Origin: Lingula anatina
Lineage: Eukaryota > Animalia > Brachiopoda
Length of the DNA stretch: 64,000 bases
Assembly (NCBI GenBank): GCA_051362555.1
Contig: CM120640.1
Coordinates: 24,042,225 to 24,106,224, forward strand
Reading direction: 5' to 3'
A model generated the notes under the pieces. That model searched no databases. It worked only from the letters and a program-made list of their open reading frames with translations, and had not been told where the DNA came from. The number at the start of each line of letters is the position of its first letter. The first letter of the stretch is position 1. The translations under genes were made by a program, and so were the position numbers. This document shows positions 35,731 to 58,142 of this stretch, one piece after another.

Positions 35731-38700
35731 ACATAACAGTTAGCGTACAAAAGAGAGGACAAGTTGTATTCTTCAATATTTCATTTTAAGAGAATTCTTT
35801 GACAAATCTGAATATAAGTAAGAAATGAAAATGGCATACAGTTGTCAAAGATGTGTATATTTTTAAAAACAGTTGAACTGTCTTGTTTTCATCATTAACT
35901 TCTGTTTGCATTCAGAACATTTGAATAAATGAGAAAAATGTTTGAAGTGAAAAAAATAATAAGCTGTTGAAACTGACTGCCCGTAAAGAGAGAAACTGTT
36001 TTCTGGCTATTGGATAAAGTACTTGTCAAAATCTTATAATTTACTTGATATATGCTGAATCTTATCAATTTTTCTTTGAAAACACAAACAGAGAATGATC
36101 ATACTGTTCAACTAAATTTTTCAGCTAAACAGTATATGGATATCTAGTTTTTTAAATTAAACTGAATATAACTGTGGCCTACTTATTTGATTCATTGTAA
36201 AAAGTAACAAGGTATGTTATATTGATTGTGGCGCTGTTATCTTTTCTTTTAGCTGCCACATTCTGGCAGTAGGAAAAGGTCCCTTTTTCCTCCACTCATC
36301 ATCTGGTTCTATCAATATCCCAGGCAACACAGCTGCTTAGAAGGCAGAATCTAGATTAATAGTACTGAAACCTGACACTGCCTCCTAGACCAGTCTCATT
36401 ACTTTTTTGTTGCAATTGTCTGGTAATGGATTTAGGTGCTTTCTCTTTTTATTTAAGTTTGCCTTTTTTTCTCCTTTTGTTTAGTTTTAATCTTATAAAA
36501 CAACAGAGGCAACAATATATTTTGCACTTTTGCCTTGATTAATGGCAGTATACACCACATCCTTTATATTGTTATTTGGTAATTCAGTCTTGGTTTGTAT
36601 TAGTGTCAGTATTTTTCATTTGTTTTAATCTTTCTCAGACCTGGTACAATTTTAACACCAGGTGGTTAGCCCCTCCCTTTCATTTTGCTAATTGGTACAA
36701 TGTGGTGTATTGTTGTCCAGGTTAACGTTTTAATGCAAATTACAGAGACAGTTCTTCACAAAACCAGCACTGTTTTCGGGGTGACCTTTTACTTGAACCT
36801 CTGCCAAATTTACCATTAATTATTCATGTTGCCATGACTCATAGTTGTTCCTTTGCATTGGTTTTACAGTCAAGGTAGACAAGTGCTTGTCACGGCTGAA
36901 ACCATTAAAGCCCAACAAAAGCCGCAGAATAAATATGAAAGGTTATAGTAAAGATCAAATAAAACAATACAAACATCGTACAATTCAATCCAATTGGAGT
37001 ACAAATTTAACCCAGCCTGGTGCTATTCAACCCAGCATAGACTGTTGTGATATGACTTGTGCTAATATCAAACAGCATCAGACTGGAACCCATTCTTGCC
37101 AACACATGTGCCTTTTAACCACAAGGAGGAAATACTAGACCTATATAAACTGAATTAATGATTTGGGGGGATTCAAAAACACCAGGAGTTTTTTTGGAAA
37201 AACAGCCCAAATATAAATAAATGCAATATTTTATTTGGGTCTTGGTTTTGACCTTATCATTTAGTTAGTTTTATTGTCCTCCCTTGGTTTGTGTAGTTTT
37301 ATGTTATGTCAAACAGATTTATGTTTTGATTAGTGGAATTGTTTTTTCAGCTGTAATTGGAATGAAAATGAGAAGTAAAAAAAAACTATTCATCCGGATC
37401 AATTTTCTTGACAATTTCTGGTCAAATAAATAATTTAAACATCTTCATTAATAATAAAAAATGATTTTGACTGTTTCTAAAGTGATGGTTATATTTTGTA
37501 TCAACTCTTGCCTGTTCTAAAAGTGTTTGTTCACCTCATTCTTGGGAGAAGAAGCAGGCAGCTTGTTGTTTGAGGTCAGAGAGATCGCAGTTAATTCTGC
37601 AAGGCAGGTGAGACACAAGTTGTTAACAACCTGTCTGCTGCAGAGCTGATGGTTGGAGGCCACTTGTCCTGCAAGTTAACTTAAGTACATCAAATAACAT
37701 TTTTCTCCTTACACCGTGATTAATATGCAGTTCAAGTTTTTACCTGCCGGCTACATTTTGTGCACTATGTTTGTCTTACAGCTGTTTCATATATGAACTG
37801 TACTGGCCAGATATACGTAGAAATTTAAAGCTTAGAATAAATTTCCTTTTTTCTGCACTTTTGTACTTTCCACCTTTTAAATTACCAGATTTGTCTATGT
37901 GTAGGTTTTGAGGTATTGGGATATTTCCTGTGTTTGAATTTTATTATTTATTTTCTAAAATTTAATTAACTTTGGTATGAGTAAAACTTATGAACAGAAG
38001 AGATTGCTTGGCAATGAAAAAAAATAAAGAAAACTGCTCAAGAGTAAGGCTGTGATAGGGATCATTTTACCTTCAGTTGTATGTAAAGGTAGATAAAATA
38101 TGTGCCTGTATGAATCATGATCTATCTCTGTTTGCCTTAGGGGTTTTGTTTGTCATGGACAACACACACAACAAATATCAGCCTTATGAAGTCTATTGAT
38201 CATGAAGGGATTTTTATTAATTGAGCACTATGCCTGTTGTTTATATTCTCATACCTGCAAAGCATATCCATTAATGTAATAAATTAGAATGGACAAGACT
38301 TCAGCAAAAAGGGTCAGTATTTAATGTAAGTAGAATATGTTTTTAAAATCAAAGGCAAAATAGATGCATTTGTAAATACCTCCGGTGATTTATAATTTTA
38401 TAATCCTGTTATATGTTCCTATAAATAAAGGTGTTCAAATTTCATTTTTGTTATATTTGTGTCACAATACCAGTGCAGATTTATTCGTAAAATTTTCATA
38501 ACTCTCTGAAAATACTTGACTCATGCCAGGCTCGTGGTTGGGGAGGGGGGGGGGGGGGGTTATATCAGTTGTCAGTTGTTACTACCCAGCCAGCTGCTTC
38601 TGTAAAACAACACATGCATCCCAAGCTGTTCTTTCAAAGAATGCCCAGCACATGTGAGATGCAACAGATGAAATGGTATTTGTTTGTTAGACTGTTGAGT

Positions 38701-39235
38701 CTCTTTGACAATTGAATAGAGAAAGCATGTAATTTTCTTTTAAATGGTTTATAGTTTTCAGTTTTTTTCTTCAAATTTTAATTTTCCGACTGTTGGCAGA
38801 TTTCTGACTTTTTTGGAGCCCAGAATATCATTTTTGAGAGCAGTACAGAGGGCCCCATGCCATGTTTTCAGGCTTTTCTGGTAAATGACGGTCTCATCCC
38901 TGATTTTTACCTGGAGAGTTTATATTACCTAGAAAATGGGCACGTGTCAGATGATGCACCTTTGTTTAAGAAAGTATGAAGAAAGTACATCTGTTTCACT
39001 GGCTGTTGCTATTGGATGTGACAGCAGTTACAGGAGTCAGTGATCTGCACTGGCATATTGTCTTGTCACCTGTTCAGGAATGAATTAACAAAACAAAGAC
39101 CATCCTGAGCATTATTTGTGCCATTTCAAGGATGTTTTGATATATGAACCTGATACCCTGAAAGTCTGTAATATTTGCTCATTTATTGAAATTGATGCAT
39201 GCATTATTTAAAAACTTTTTCAGTGAGCAGCAAAA

Positions 39236-47506
<8,271 letters not shown>

Positions 47507-50500
47507 TTCACTGCCAGGCCCATCTTCCCGATTTGCCATTGACTGAACCACATATATGCAGGGCATAGTGTGTGAGGGAGAAAAAAAAGGTGCACATACT
47601 GCTGCCACTGATTCATGTAAATGGCACAGGAAATAAAAACAGCTAGAAGGAAAAAAATAGAAATGATTTCTCAGGCTGCTTTTTTTGCCAGTGTTAAGGT
47701 GAAACAGTAGGTAGAAATTTGCTGCAATATTTACAGGTAAATAATATTGAAGCTGCTAAGAACTACTGTGTGTGCTACAGACAGATCTCAACTGCTGGTT
47801 CTATTTATTTGTTGAGCTCACACACCTGTTTTGTTTTTTTTTTTTTTTTTTTTTTTCGTTAAGATCTGCAGATATAGGGTAAAAACTGAAACCAAATCCT
47901 ATTGACTGCTATGTTAATGTATTTGACACATGAGCCAGGAACTGTTTTACCCCTGATGTGCTGAAAGTACAAAGTAGTAGAGCCTTGATAAAGAATATGC
48001 AAGTTACTTTGCACAAAGCTTTGTTGATGTTGTGAGAGATGTATTTTTGAAAACTTCTTACAGATTGGTCGTGTTGTTGACCATTTTCATGCATTTGGCT
48101 GAATTTTTGTATAGTTTTTATACACCCATTTCTCTTAGTCCGAGTATAGAAATCTCCACAGATATAGATGATTAAGAATTGTATTTGCTAAATCTAATAC
48201 CATTTCATGCTAATTATACTTGTAAAAAGTATGGATTTTTTGTGACATTTTAGTCTTAGATTTGTCTGGTTTCATAAATATTCTAAAATATCGAGATATA
48301 TATAGGAATGAAGGAATATACTTACTCCAGGTCTATCAGAGTGGCCAATAGTAGGTTCAAATATATAGATATTTACCCTGCTGATGATAAGAAATATGAC
48401 ATTGTTACTAATTGGACATCTTTAACTTCAGGTTGTGTAAGCTGTGAAATGATGCACAGCATACAATATACAATGAACTTTGTATGTGTGTAAGTCGGTG
48501 CCTTGTTTATATTATTCTTCTAACCAGTCGGGTTGAAGAAAGATTAGTATATGCAGTGCAGTTTGCACAATATTTTCTACTGGTTCTGGGAGCTGATCTA
48601 CCCCTCTCTATTATAACTTTTGTGTAAGTACTGCAGCAACAGCAGCATTCCTTTGAAAACGATACTTCTAAACACTGTGCCTGTTTGATGACTTGTTTTT
48701 TGTGGTTTATTTTTTAGTTGGGTGAGAAATGATCTTTTAAGTATATGAAGACATCGCTGTACTCTCTTCTGTTCAAGTCCTGTCCATCAAATTGAAAGAT
48801 CTTTTATTACTAAGAAGACCTATTTTGATAGGGGAAAATCTGCATTTTATACAGCATTGTATATTTTGTAATTATAAGTACAGTATTTTATTAACTATTG
48901 TTTGTATATACATATTACACAATGATTGTACATGGCTTTTATAATATTTTATTTAGGCCCACCTATGCTTGATTTAAATATAGTGGTAATTTTATCTAGA
49001 AGTTGTGCTGTAAAACTGCATGTTGTCCCAAATTAAAAGCAATACATGGTTCTGGCTGGTCTGGGAGATTGTAACGCTATGCAAACCACAAAGTCTGGGT
49101 TAATACGAGCTACTGCCTTACAGCTGTCTTACTCTCTCTATGCATTGGTTGTCATAGCAACTTTTTTTAGTTGAAACTTCTGGCATCTTTTAATTTCACT
49201 GCAAATCTATATAAATACAATCGTCCAAGCCAACTAAGGTACCACTTATATAGACAGTTTGCTGATTATTATATTTTATCTCGGATTAGTAGACTAGTAA
49301 TGAATGTATAGATTTTAATAGGGATTATCATGGTCCAGAAATGCCATTTGTGATTTTAAGAATATTGCGTTGTACTTATTTACCGATGATTTATGCAATA
49401 ATTTTTTAAAGAAAAAAGGTGCTTTGCTGTACGAATAGATTGAAAGCAAATGTTATGCAATGAAAACTGTCACAATGATTATGAGCTTACTGCAGCGAAC
49501 AAAAATCCTCAATGCCCGTTTTTCCACAAGCTGGTTCTTTGGATACTTTTTAACTTTGTGCAGCTTTGGGGGATTTCAAGACTTAACACCCCAACTGAAT
49601 TGCTGGGCACAGCTGCACTGAAAATATACGTCATATAATCGCAACGTAAAGAGGTGAGCGTGTGCTCACACAAGTGTCCGTCTGTTCTGGACTATGTGAT
49701 GAAGTTTGGAGTCCCACATTATTGGCGAATCGGTTTGATATTATTGGGGTTAAGCGCTTCTTTGCGATTAGACCATGGTGTAAAACTTTGAGAATGAATA
49801 CTTTGTGCGTATGTCTGATTGAGGATTTAGCACGTTAGCACATATTAACTGTTGATGAGAACATTGTCAAATTAGCAGATGAAACTGAATAAAGCTTAAT
49901 TTATCATTTGTTTGGAGTCCCTAAAAACGGATCACCGGAAGATGCAAATTGAAGAATGAAAAATTACATCGTATACTAAATACTACCGCATGAATGGTAG
50001 AAGTTAAAACGCTCTCGCTTTCGCTCTCTCTCTCTCTCTTCTCTCACACACACACACACAAACCTCACAGAACTTATTGTCGCCATTGTCCTGTAATGAT
50101 GCGTAGTGTTTAAGTAAAAAACATTCATTTTAGAAAAGAAGCCTTTCTAAAGTAGCTGGGTAGTGACGTATACTCTAATCAAACCGTTTCCTTCAGTCCG
50201 TGTCAAAGCTGTTATTCCTCCATTTCGTCATCCTCCACCAGTACCACTACTCGTAATCGCACTGTTGCTAAATTCAATCTCTTTTTATTTACTAAAGAAT
50301 AAAAAGTCGACCTTTGTTAGTATGTAATTTTGCTTTCAAAGAAAATTTGTATTTACATCAGTCTATATTTCATAGCTGCGATAAAAGTAATTGCGGCTGA
50401 TGACTAAAATGTGTCATTATTATCGAGACATCATACGATTAATATTGATCTGATTAATGGTACTATCGACGCACAACAGTATAGATTACCCTGTCAGCCA

Positions 50501-51723
50501 AACGTACCCCGGATTACAAAGATAACCCTCTTGCTCCGCCATGTAATCGTCATATCAAGAAGCCATTAAACACCTCTGTAATCAATGCTAGATACCATCC
50601 CTGAAATAGGTCATGATGGCACTCAAATGAGGGCGTGGACGTATAAGTTTCACATTCTGAGAGGCTTCCTGACTTTTTGGTTAGTGCGGAGCTATTCTGT
50701 TTATAATCGAATAAGTGCATAATTTGGTTGAATGAAAATACGCGTCGGAAAACTGACCTAGGACCAGAAATGTGAAGACATCACAGTGTGAAGTCATCAA
50801 ACAATCATTAATAAGTCTTCTATTTCGAATGTTAATAAATTTCGACTCTAGAATTCATCTCGAAGCGTCACTAGATGGGTGATTTTCGATTACTTTTCAA
50901 TAAGATGCCTTTATGCTGGGCAAGGGTGGACATCAATAGCACCTGCTGCCATTACATCGTTTCTTCGAAATTGTTGTAGATGATATGTTGAACAGTACAC
51001 ATCCATGCTGTCTGTGTGTGACAATATTATATTTGAAAATGGTCTTAGTTTTAATTGTCTTATCAACAACTTTACCGGGATGGAATTCAAGACTTGAAAA
51101 TCATCCAATCCTGCAAAAAAAGGTAATAATGTTAATTACGTTTGTTTGAATTAAAAGAAAAGAATATATACATGGGCAAAAAAATAGTCCAATGTCAAAT
51201 GATTACATAATTATTTCTCTGCTTCTGCCTCAAACAATAACCTCGCGCCCCTCTCTCACGAAAAGAACAGTAACCTATCCAAACATATCATTCTCAGATT
51301 GCTTGCTTGTGTTAGGTGTGCGCTTAATAAACACAATATTAGTTGCACCACAGTCGCCGTCTAGCACATTGTTTGCTGCATTCTTGGGGGGATTAACCGT
51401 CTGAGCGGCATCGTCGAAGATTATAACATGTAACTTATTTGTTTTAACGTGTTCTTAGCGCCTTAAGGTTAATCGCTTGTTTCCCCAGACAAGCTTGACC
51501 ACCCAGGTGAGTATGAAGACACTGGGATGATTGCACTGTCGAACAGATGGCACTGGTTGGGGGCTTTCATTGTGTGAGAAAAATTACGTCCGTCTAGCAC
51601 CGAAAGTCCCATTATCATGCTGATATTGTTTTAACCCCTCTATTGTTTTTGTTTTTATTTTTATTTTTGTTTTTGTCTAATCACCAAGCCACTTATTTTA
51701 TTATTGGTGTGAATCCATCTTTC

Positions 51724-51858
51724 TACCCTCTACCAGGGCGACAGATATTATAGGCACATTTGCCACCAGTCACAGATCTTTAGAAGATTGACCATATTTA
51801 GCCAGAGACATCTGTGAATATCTTGTGAAAAATTAATCAGTGGACCCGATAGAGGGTA
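51724..51858. mobile_element. Tc1/mariner-type MITE (~135 bp), copy 1
   Basis: TA|CCCTCTACC ... GATAGAGGG|TA, with internal similarity to 57025-57156. Confidence 0.8.
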
Positions 51859-52704
51859 CCATCTTTCCACCGTCAATTACATTTTAACTCGCCTATTGTT
51901 TTGAGCAGACAGTTGGTTATGTTTTTGTCCATTTGTTTTCTCTCTTTGTATTCACTTGTTTTAAGCCATGGATTTGTCTGTTCAAAATTTGAAAATAAGC
52001 AATACATGTTGTTGGGTACCCCTTAGGCTGTATTCCCAGAGCTTTTAGGGGGTAATTAACTTTCATGTCCGCTCGGCTGACAGCTATTTAGCGTGAACCC
52101 CCAGGAAGTTAGGTCGATCCAAAGTAGATCGATCTAATCTCTGGAAATGGGGTCTTATTGTAGTGCTTTTGTAAAACCCAATGAAGAGGAACTGAGAATT
52201 TGAATATCCCAGTTTTCTTGAAAACTAAAAATATGCAGTATCCCCGCATGGGATTCAGTGCATGCGAACGATTATAATAATCAATCCACGGATGGAATTT
52301 TACACCAATATTTACAAGATTATTTCACAGTTTACTCCCAAGTTGAGCTGGCTTATCCTCAGAACTCCTGAATACAAATTTTTACATCTGGAAACGGAAC
52401 GTAGGGATTGCAATTAACGTCACACATTCTAAGTAACCGTGAGAAAGACTTATTAGCTAAACAAATATGTACAGCGTCATATTGTCAATAGAAGCCCCAG
52501 TGAGAGTTAAGACGGAGAAAATAGAAAAGCGGGAATTCAAAAAAGAAATTGGAGAATAAGCACATCATTATTTCACCATTGGAATTAGGTATATTACGGT
52601 ATGTTGCACTTTTTCAAAATGATATCTTGCCATAACAGCGTGTCCGGCTTGCTTACGAAAAAGCCAGAAGTGCTTCTTATAGGCCTAATCAGCACAACAC
52701 ACAA

Positions 52705-53050
52705 TCTCTAATCTAGGTTCCATTTTGCACGTTCTTGATTTTGTATATATTTATTCTTAACACATATATGAATAGGCCAAACTTCGTGGTGTTAAGTTCT
52801 TCGAGTCGATGAATCAATACTGCGATATTGAAACACTAATGGTCCTCAAGTTGAAGTGTTTTCGTTATAATTTTGCAATCTAATCCAATCTTATCTGGTC
52901 TAAGTCCTATTTTGCACTTCTTAATTTTGTATATATGTATTCTTTACACATATATGTGTAGGTTCAATCTTATGGTGTTAAGTTCTACGATCCGATGAAT
53001 AAATATTGCGAAATTGAAACACGAGCTGCCCCGAGGTGTTTTCGTTTTAA
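52705..53050. repeat. Diverged two-copy tandem duplication, period about 187 bp
   Basis: ATTTTGCAC...TTTTGTATATAT...ACACATATATG...TGGTGTTAAGTTCT...ATTGAAACAC occurs at about 52722 and again at about 52909. Confidence 0.85.
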
Positions 53051-56000
53051 GCTTGGTAATTGCTCCTTAAAAGATAATAGAACTCTTAGCGAATCTTAAC
53101 ACTGTGTGAGTGGATACGCATTTTTTTTCCTATTTCTTTTTTAATCAATGAAAATAAAGACAGGTAGGATAGTTTGCACATGTCCTTGCTGTAATCAGGA
53201 TATGAGGTTGTCTATATGTATGTGGAAGTGTTTGGCAAATTTTGAGCTTGTTTTACGCCATTTTACATTATAGCATCTCTACTCATTAATCATTTTCTTT
53301 CCTCAAAAATGAAATTCCAATAAGTTTCCAAAAACTACCCCCTGGGCAAAATCGCTTTGTAAGTAGATTTTTAGTTTTAAAGGCTTAAATCAAATTCGAA
53401 TTCCAGCTTGTTTGTACCAATTTAATTATTCAGATGATGAGATTTTTTTATACAAAATTTAAAGTACATAACCATATCTAAAGAACAGAATCTTTGATAC
53501 AAAATAACATGAATGTGTGGAAAAGATAGAGAATCTTCCACAACGATAACATGGTGACATTGAAATTGCAGTAGTTGTGAAAACAATTGTGTTTTCTACT
53601 GTGGTCTCTGGTATAGTCTTGTTACCCACATCTGCTGTGCATGCTTTCCGTTTCCCTCGCAGACTATACGCGTAAGATCATCTTGCGGGTGTTTATTTTT
53701 CTGCCTTTTCATTATGAATACCCAGGCTTATTTTAAAGTGGTTGAATTTAGGGCCACTGATAGACATAACATTAAAAGAAGGGATGAGTTATCCAACATT
53801 CGAGGCTCCTAAAATTTTATTGTGATTAGACGAACGGGCAGTAGAAGGTGGAAATAGTTGACTGTAGGTCCAACAACGACAGGGAAATGATGCAAATTAA
53901 AGATTTGAAGATGGCTCTATCTATATCTTAGTATAGCAAATAGAGCCTAAACAATAAATTTCTAAATATACATATGCACTCTCTTCAAAACAAATGTATC
54001 CATTGTACTTTCTCTCGATTGTCCATGGTATCGCTTTGGATCTGTGTATCAGAGAGAGAGAGTGAGATGGCCATGACAGATATTGTAAGCGTGAAGGTCA
54101 GTTTAATTAAGCTGAACTTACGATGGGGCGAGTTTGAGACGTGTTTGAGTGCGCTGTTGCATGCAAAATCGCAAAACAGCAGCTCCTGCATGAACGTGCT
54201 ACTACAGTATCGATCTTGAATTTTTTCAAAGCCATGCATCTTCCGGGTGTCTTTCCAACATCAAATCTTTCAATTAGAACACATTAAATGTCACCCAAAA
54301 ATTGCGTTTGTAAGAGAAAAACGTATATTTAATGAAGTACGATACTGGTCTTTGTTGAAATGTGTAAAAAGGGATACGCCACGAAAAACGAACACAACCA
54401 GGTACATGTAGTAGTACTACTACAGGAGGTGGAAGTGTAAACATCACTTTTGAAACACCCAGTGATATTATATTTGTATATATAAAGCAAACGTTTAAGA
54501 GTTATTTACTGTGTAGATTATACATGGTTTGTTGTAGTTTACACCTCTGCAAGGTTTTGTGGATTTAACACCTTCCGGGTTTAGGCCCCAGGTTTATAGT
54601 TAACTACCTACCTATTTAACGCATTACTTTGTTTGGACAATTTTTCACACTGCCATTGATACGAAGTTCCGCAACCGGTGGACGGTGAAAGAGTACCGCG
54701 GCGGGGTCGAGCGGAACTCGGGGTTAGGTAGAGTTATATTACATAACGTAGCCTGTAATTAAAGGCTAATTACACAATTTTATCTTCCTGGACAGAGACA
54801 CGTGAACATAATTCACGAGTAAAACAGGTAATGCCTGGGTAATTTTAAATATCTTGAATACAGTGCCGTGATCTTATCAGAGACAATCAACTGACTGCTA
54901 GGTCTATTAAGGCAGTCTATACAGAGTGACTTATCCAGGCAGTCTTTCTCTACCAGGCTCTAATGGCCGGCTTTGATAGGGATCACACCGGATAACTCAA
55001 TCCGTCTCGGGGTAAGGGGTGATTGTCTTTTATCTCACCTCTCGTTTATTCTGTCAATCGTCCCCCGTTTCGTATTCTTCGGATCTAACCGGCTCGAACG
55101 CCTTTAATTATCTTATCTCATTGGCGACAGAGATCAGTTTAAATGGACTTAGCTAGCAAGAGGAATGCCTTGATATTTTACGTGGCAGAGAATACATATA
55201 TTTATCATATCTGTCTCATTAGTAATGTTAATTGTATTCTGTATTGTTAAGTTATTCAATTGCATGATTCACTGCTTTTGTGGCATTGGTATATTCTCAG
55301 TAATGCATTTTTGCACGTAGACTTATCGGTTTCCACAGGCTTTTCAAGAAATGTGTCTGTATCAGCATTCCTTTCTCATACTGTAAGGTTAAATACACCG
55401 CTCTCTTTCCATGGTATGTTCTTTTTGTTAGTAGACATCGTGTGAACAAAAATTCAATGTAAAGAGGCACATTCAAATTTTTAGAATTTCGCACACTTTT
55501 GACAAAAGAGAAAACATCTCATATCGCCACACCCATATTTTTTAATCAAACCGAACTTACAGAGCAACAATATACAAATCTATAAGTTTAGAACAAAATG
55601 CTCTTTATCCCAATTATTGGTCTCCCACCAGAGCCGTGAATCTTGTGCTATAAAGTCAAACGAAAAGCCGGGGAAAGGAGGGACGGATCTTTTCTCAGTT
55701 TCATCCGTATTGACCCCAGGAAATGTAAAACGTCAGTGTCAATACCTAGCAAGTTTTGTTATATTCCTTGTCTCTCGGGGTATGAGGGTTGAATTTAGGC
55801 CTTATTTCCAACAAAAGTGCATTTGCTGTGTAAACACATTTAACGCGTGTGCTTCTGATGAACAAAGATCAGGTCGTTCCTCGACAAATATATTGGCAGC
55901 TGGCGCGTGCCCTAAGTACGGTTAAGTGTTTTCCTTTCTTTAACTTGTGTTTGAATTTGAGAAAGTTTAAATCACGTTTCCTAGACAAGAAGGAATTTAC

Positions 56001-57024
56001 AACATGATGAAGATATGAATGGTCATAGTTTTTGGTACATGTGTTGGAACAGTGTTGGAAAGGCTTTGCGTTATTGGCCGTGCTCCGCGGGTCTCTTTGA
56101 TGGAGTCGGCAGTTTCTATTGATTCCTGTTGATATCAGTTTATTCTGCTCGGCAGATTGACTCTGGCCAATGCCACAAAGGATCACGCTTTCTGTTCTTG
56201 GGGCAAGGGCAGATGCAGGCTGAAACTCGCAGTACATTTGGAAAGAGTTTGTATGCGTAAGGCAGTTGAACAAACACTCGCATAACTCCATATGCTCATT
56301 ACACGTACGGCCGCCCGCTGAATTGAGCAATTGATTACATTGGTTGCATTCAGAACAAAGGCATGTCTCCTTGCAAATAGAGCTTACTTATAATTCCAAT
56401 CATTTTATTGTAAAGCTGTGTGACCATCTGGCGTGTGCCATGACCACTTAGTTTACATACTAAAGCGCTGCAATTTGCATAGCAAACGCCGTGCCGTTCG
56501 CTTCACACTAAAGTATGATTTCGGTCTATCACATGTTGAAAAGGAAACGAAGTGAGTATTTGAGATATGCGCATTTTCTAACAAAAAGCGCGTGTCGCTA
56601 ATGTGGTGAACGTTTTACACCTTTCTTGATAAGGATTCCATTGTTACAGACTTGCAGTCTCTGAAGTTCGCAGTCTCCTCTTCTTTCCAGTTACAGACAC
56701 TTTAAACTAATTTGTTGGAAATTGTTAAAATTTTCTCCCAGCATCCAATATATGCTCCGGGTAACTAGGAAATAATTACAGATTATTAAAAGGGTTAATT
56801 TTTCTTCGACTTCTGGTGTCACTCTGTCATATAATACTCATATTTACTTCTGCTCTTCATTTCCTTTGATCAATTTTTTTCATATCTCATTGATCCCTTC
56901 TTTTGATTTCTTTTTTTCATACTCGGCGAAACTAAAAACTACCGCTTTAGCCTGATTTCACATGTCAAGGAGTTTCAGTTAACTTGCTCATGTGCAACGT
57001 TTTATGTCGTTGACACACGAAGGG

Positions 57025-57156
57025 TACCCTCTACCAGGGCCGCAGATCATATTATGTGCACTTTTCTCTCAGTGTGCAGAAAAGTCCCATCATTTAACTG
57101 GAGACATATCTGTAAATATCTAGTGAAAAATAAATCTGTGACCATGGTAGAGGGTA
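57025..57156. mobile_element. Tc1/mariner-type MITE (~132 bp), copy 2
   Basis: TA|CCCTCTACCA ... TGGTAGAGGG|TA perfect TIRs with TA duplication. Confidence 0.85.
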
Positions 57157-57949
57157 CACGAGGAGCAAGGCTGTCTTTGAATATAAAGACCCGTGACACA
57201 TCACGTACTAAGGACGCAATATAGGTTTTTGATATCCTTATTATTTGGGATTATGATACGCTTATGTTCATTTGCAAACAAAGAAGAAAAGACTCCCACA
57301 AGTTACTCACTTACACAATTAAGGCAATTTCGTGTATTGGTTTACACATCGAAAAAAAATGTTAGACAAGGAGACGGGATGGGAAATTATGTCATTACGA
57401 TTTAGGTTGCAAGTCATATTTCATCCAAACATTTGTTAGAGGACAACTCATATAAAATAGAAAGGGAGAAAAGCTCTCGTTATGTTGCTAACCCAAAAGA
57501 AATTTTTCAAATGTCGGTCCAAAAATCCATTGGATCTTTTTTTAGTTACGACAATCTAAAAATGGATGCAACATGCAGTAGGGATAGAAAATAAGAAAAT
57601 TCAAGACGGAAAAATTTCCATATGACAGTTTTAAAACATGTAGCATTTGTCAAATAAAAGTCGGCATAGTTTGGTTTGTGCAACTTTAGTATGAAACTGA
57701 TATTTCGTGTTTTATCTAGTTGATATCTGCCTCACTTTAGCCATGCTCTTCGCAAAGAGAAACGTCATTTCAATACGATAATTAATGGATTCATATAAAT
57801 TACGCCACCTTTGCGTCCCAGTTTTCCCGCCATATAGTTTATTAGACTTCAAAGTATACATAACGTGACCCAAGTTGTTAAACCGGCTCCTTAAAACCAA
57901 ATAACTCAAAACCTTTTTTGGCATATGTTAACAGTTTTACCACGCAAGG

Positions 57950-58090
57950 GGGTTGTTTACATCCCAGTTCAAGGCTTTCGTAAATAGACCACGCCCCCAG
58001 ACCTCGCGAACCAATAGAATCGTGAGAGCGATTTAAACTCTGGTCCTCCTGACAGCTGTCAATTAAGGAGCGTGGGGTTGGTGATTGAAA
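57950..58090 (+). promoter_or_regulatory. Proximal promoter of the Cip/Kip gene
   Basis: Clustered motifs within 200 bp of the ATG: TTGTTTAC (FoxO consensus, 57953-57960), CCACGCCCCC (Sp/KLF, 57989-57998), TCGCGAA, CCAAT (58011-58015) and TTTAAA (58032-58037). Confidence 0.6.
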
Positions 58091-58142
58091 TAGAACACTC
58101 GTACTACACTGTACTACATTGCAGCTTGTGGCAGCAAAGGAT

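Noticed and set aside
55617-56330. 102-aa and 153-aa ORFs upstream of the CKI gene
   Set aside because: Non-ATG starts, no domain similarity that I recognise, and no supporting splice structure.
56359-56368. p53 response element upstream of the p21-like gene (AGGCATGTCT)
   Set aside because: Only one half-site; the adjacent decamer does not match RRRCWWGYYY, so this is expected by chance.
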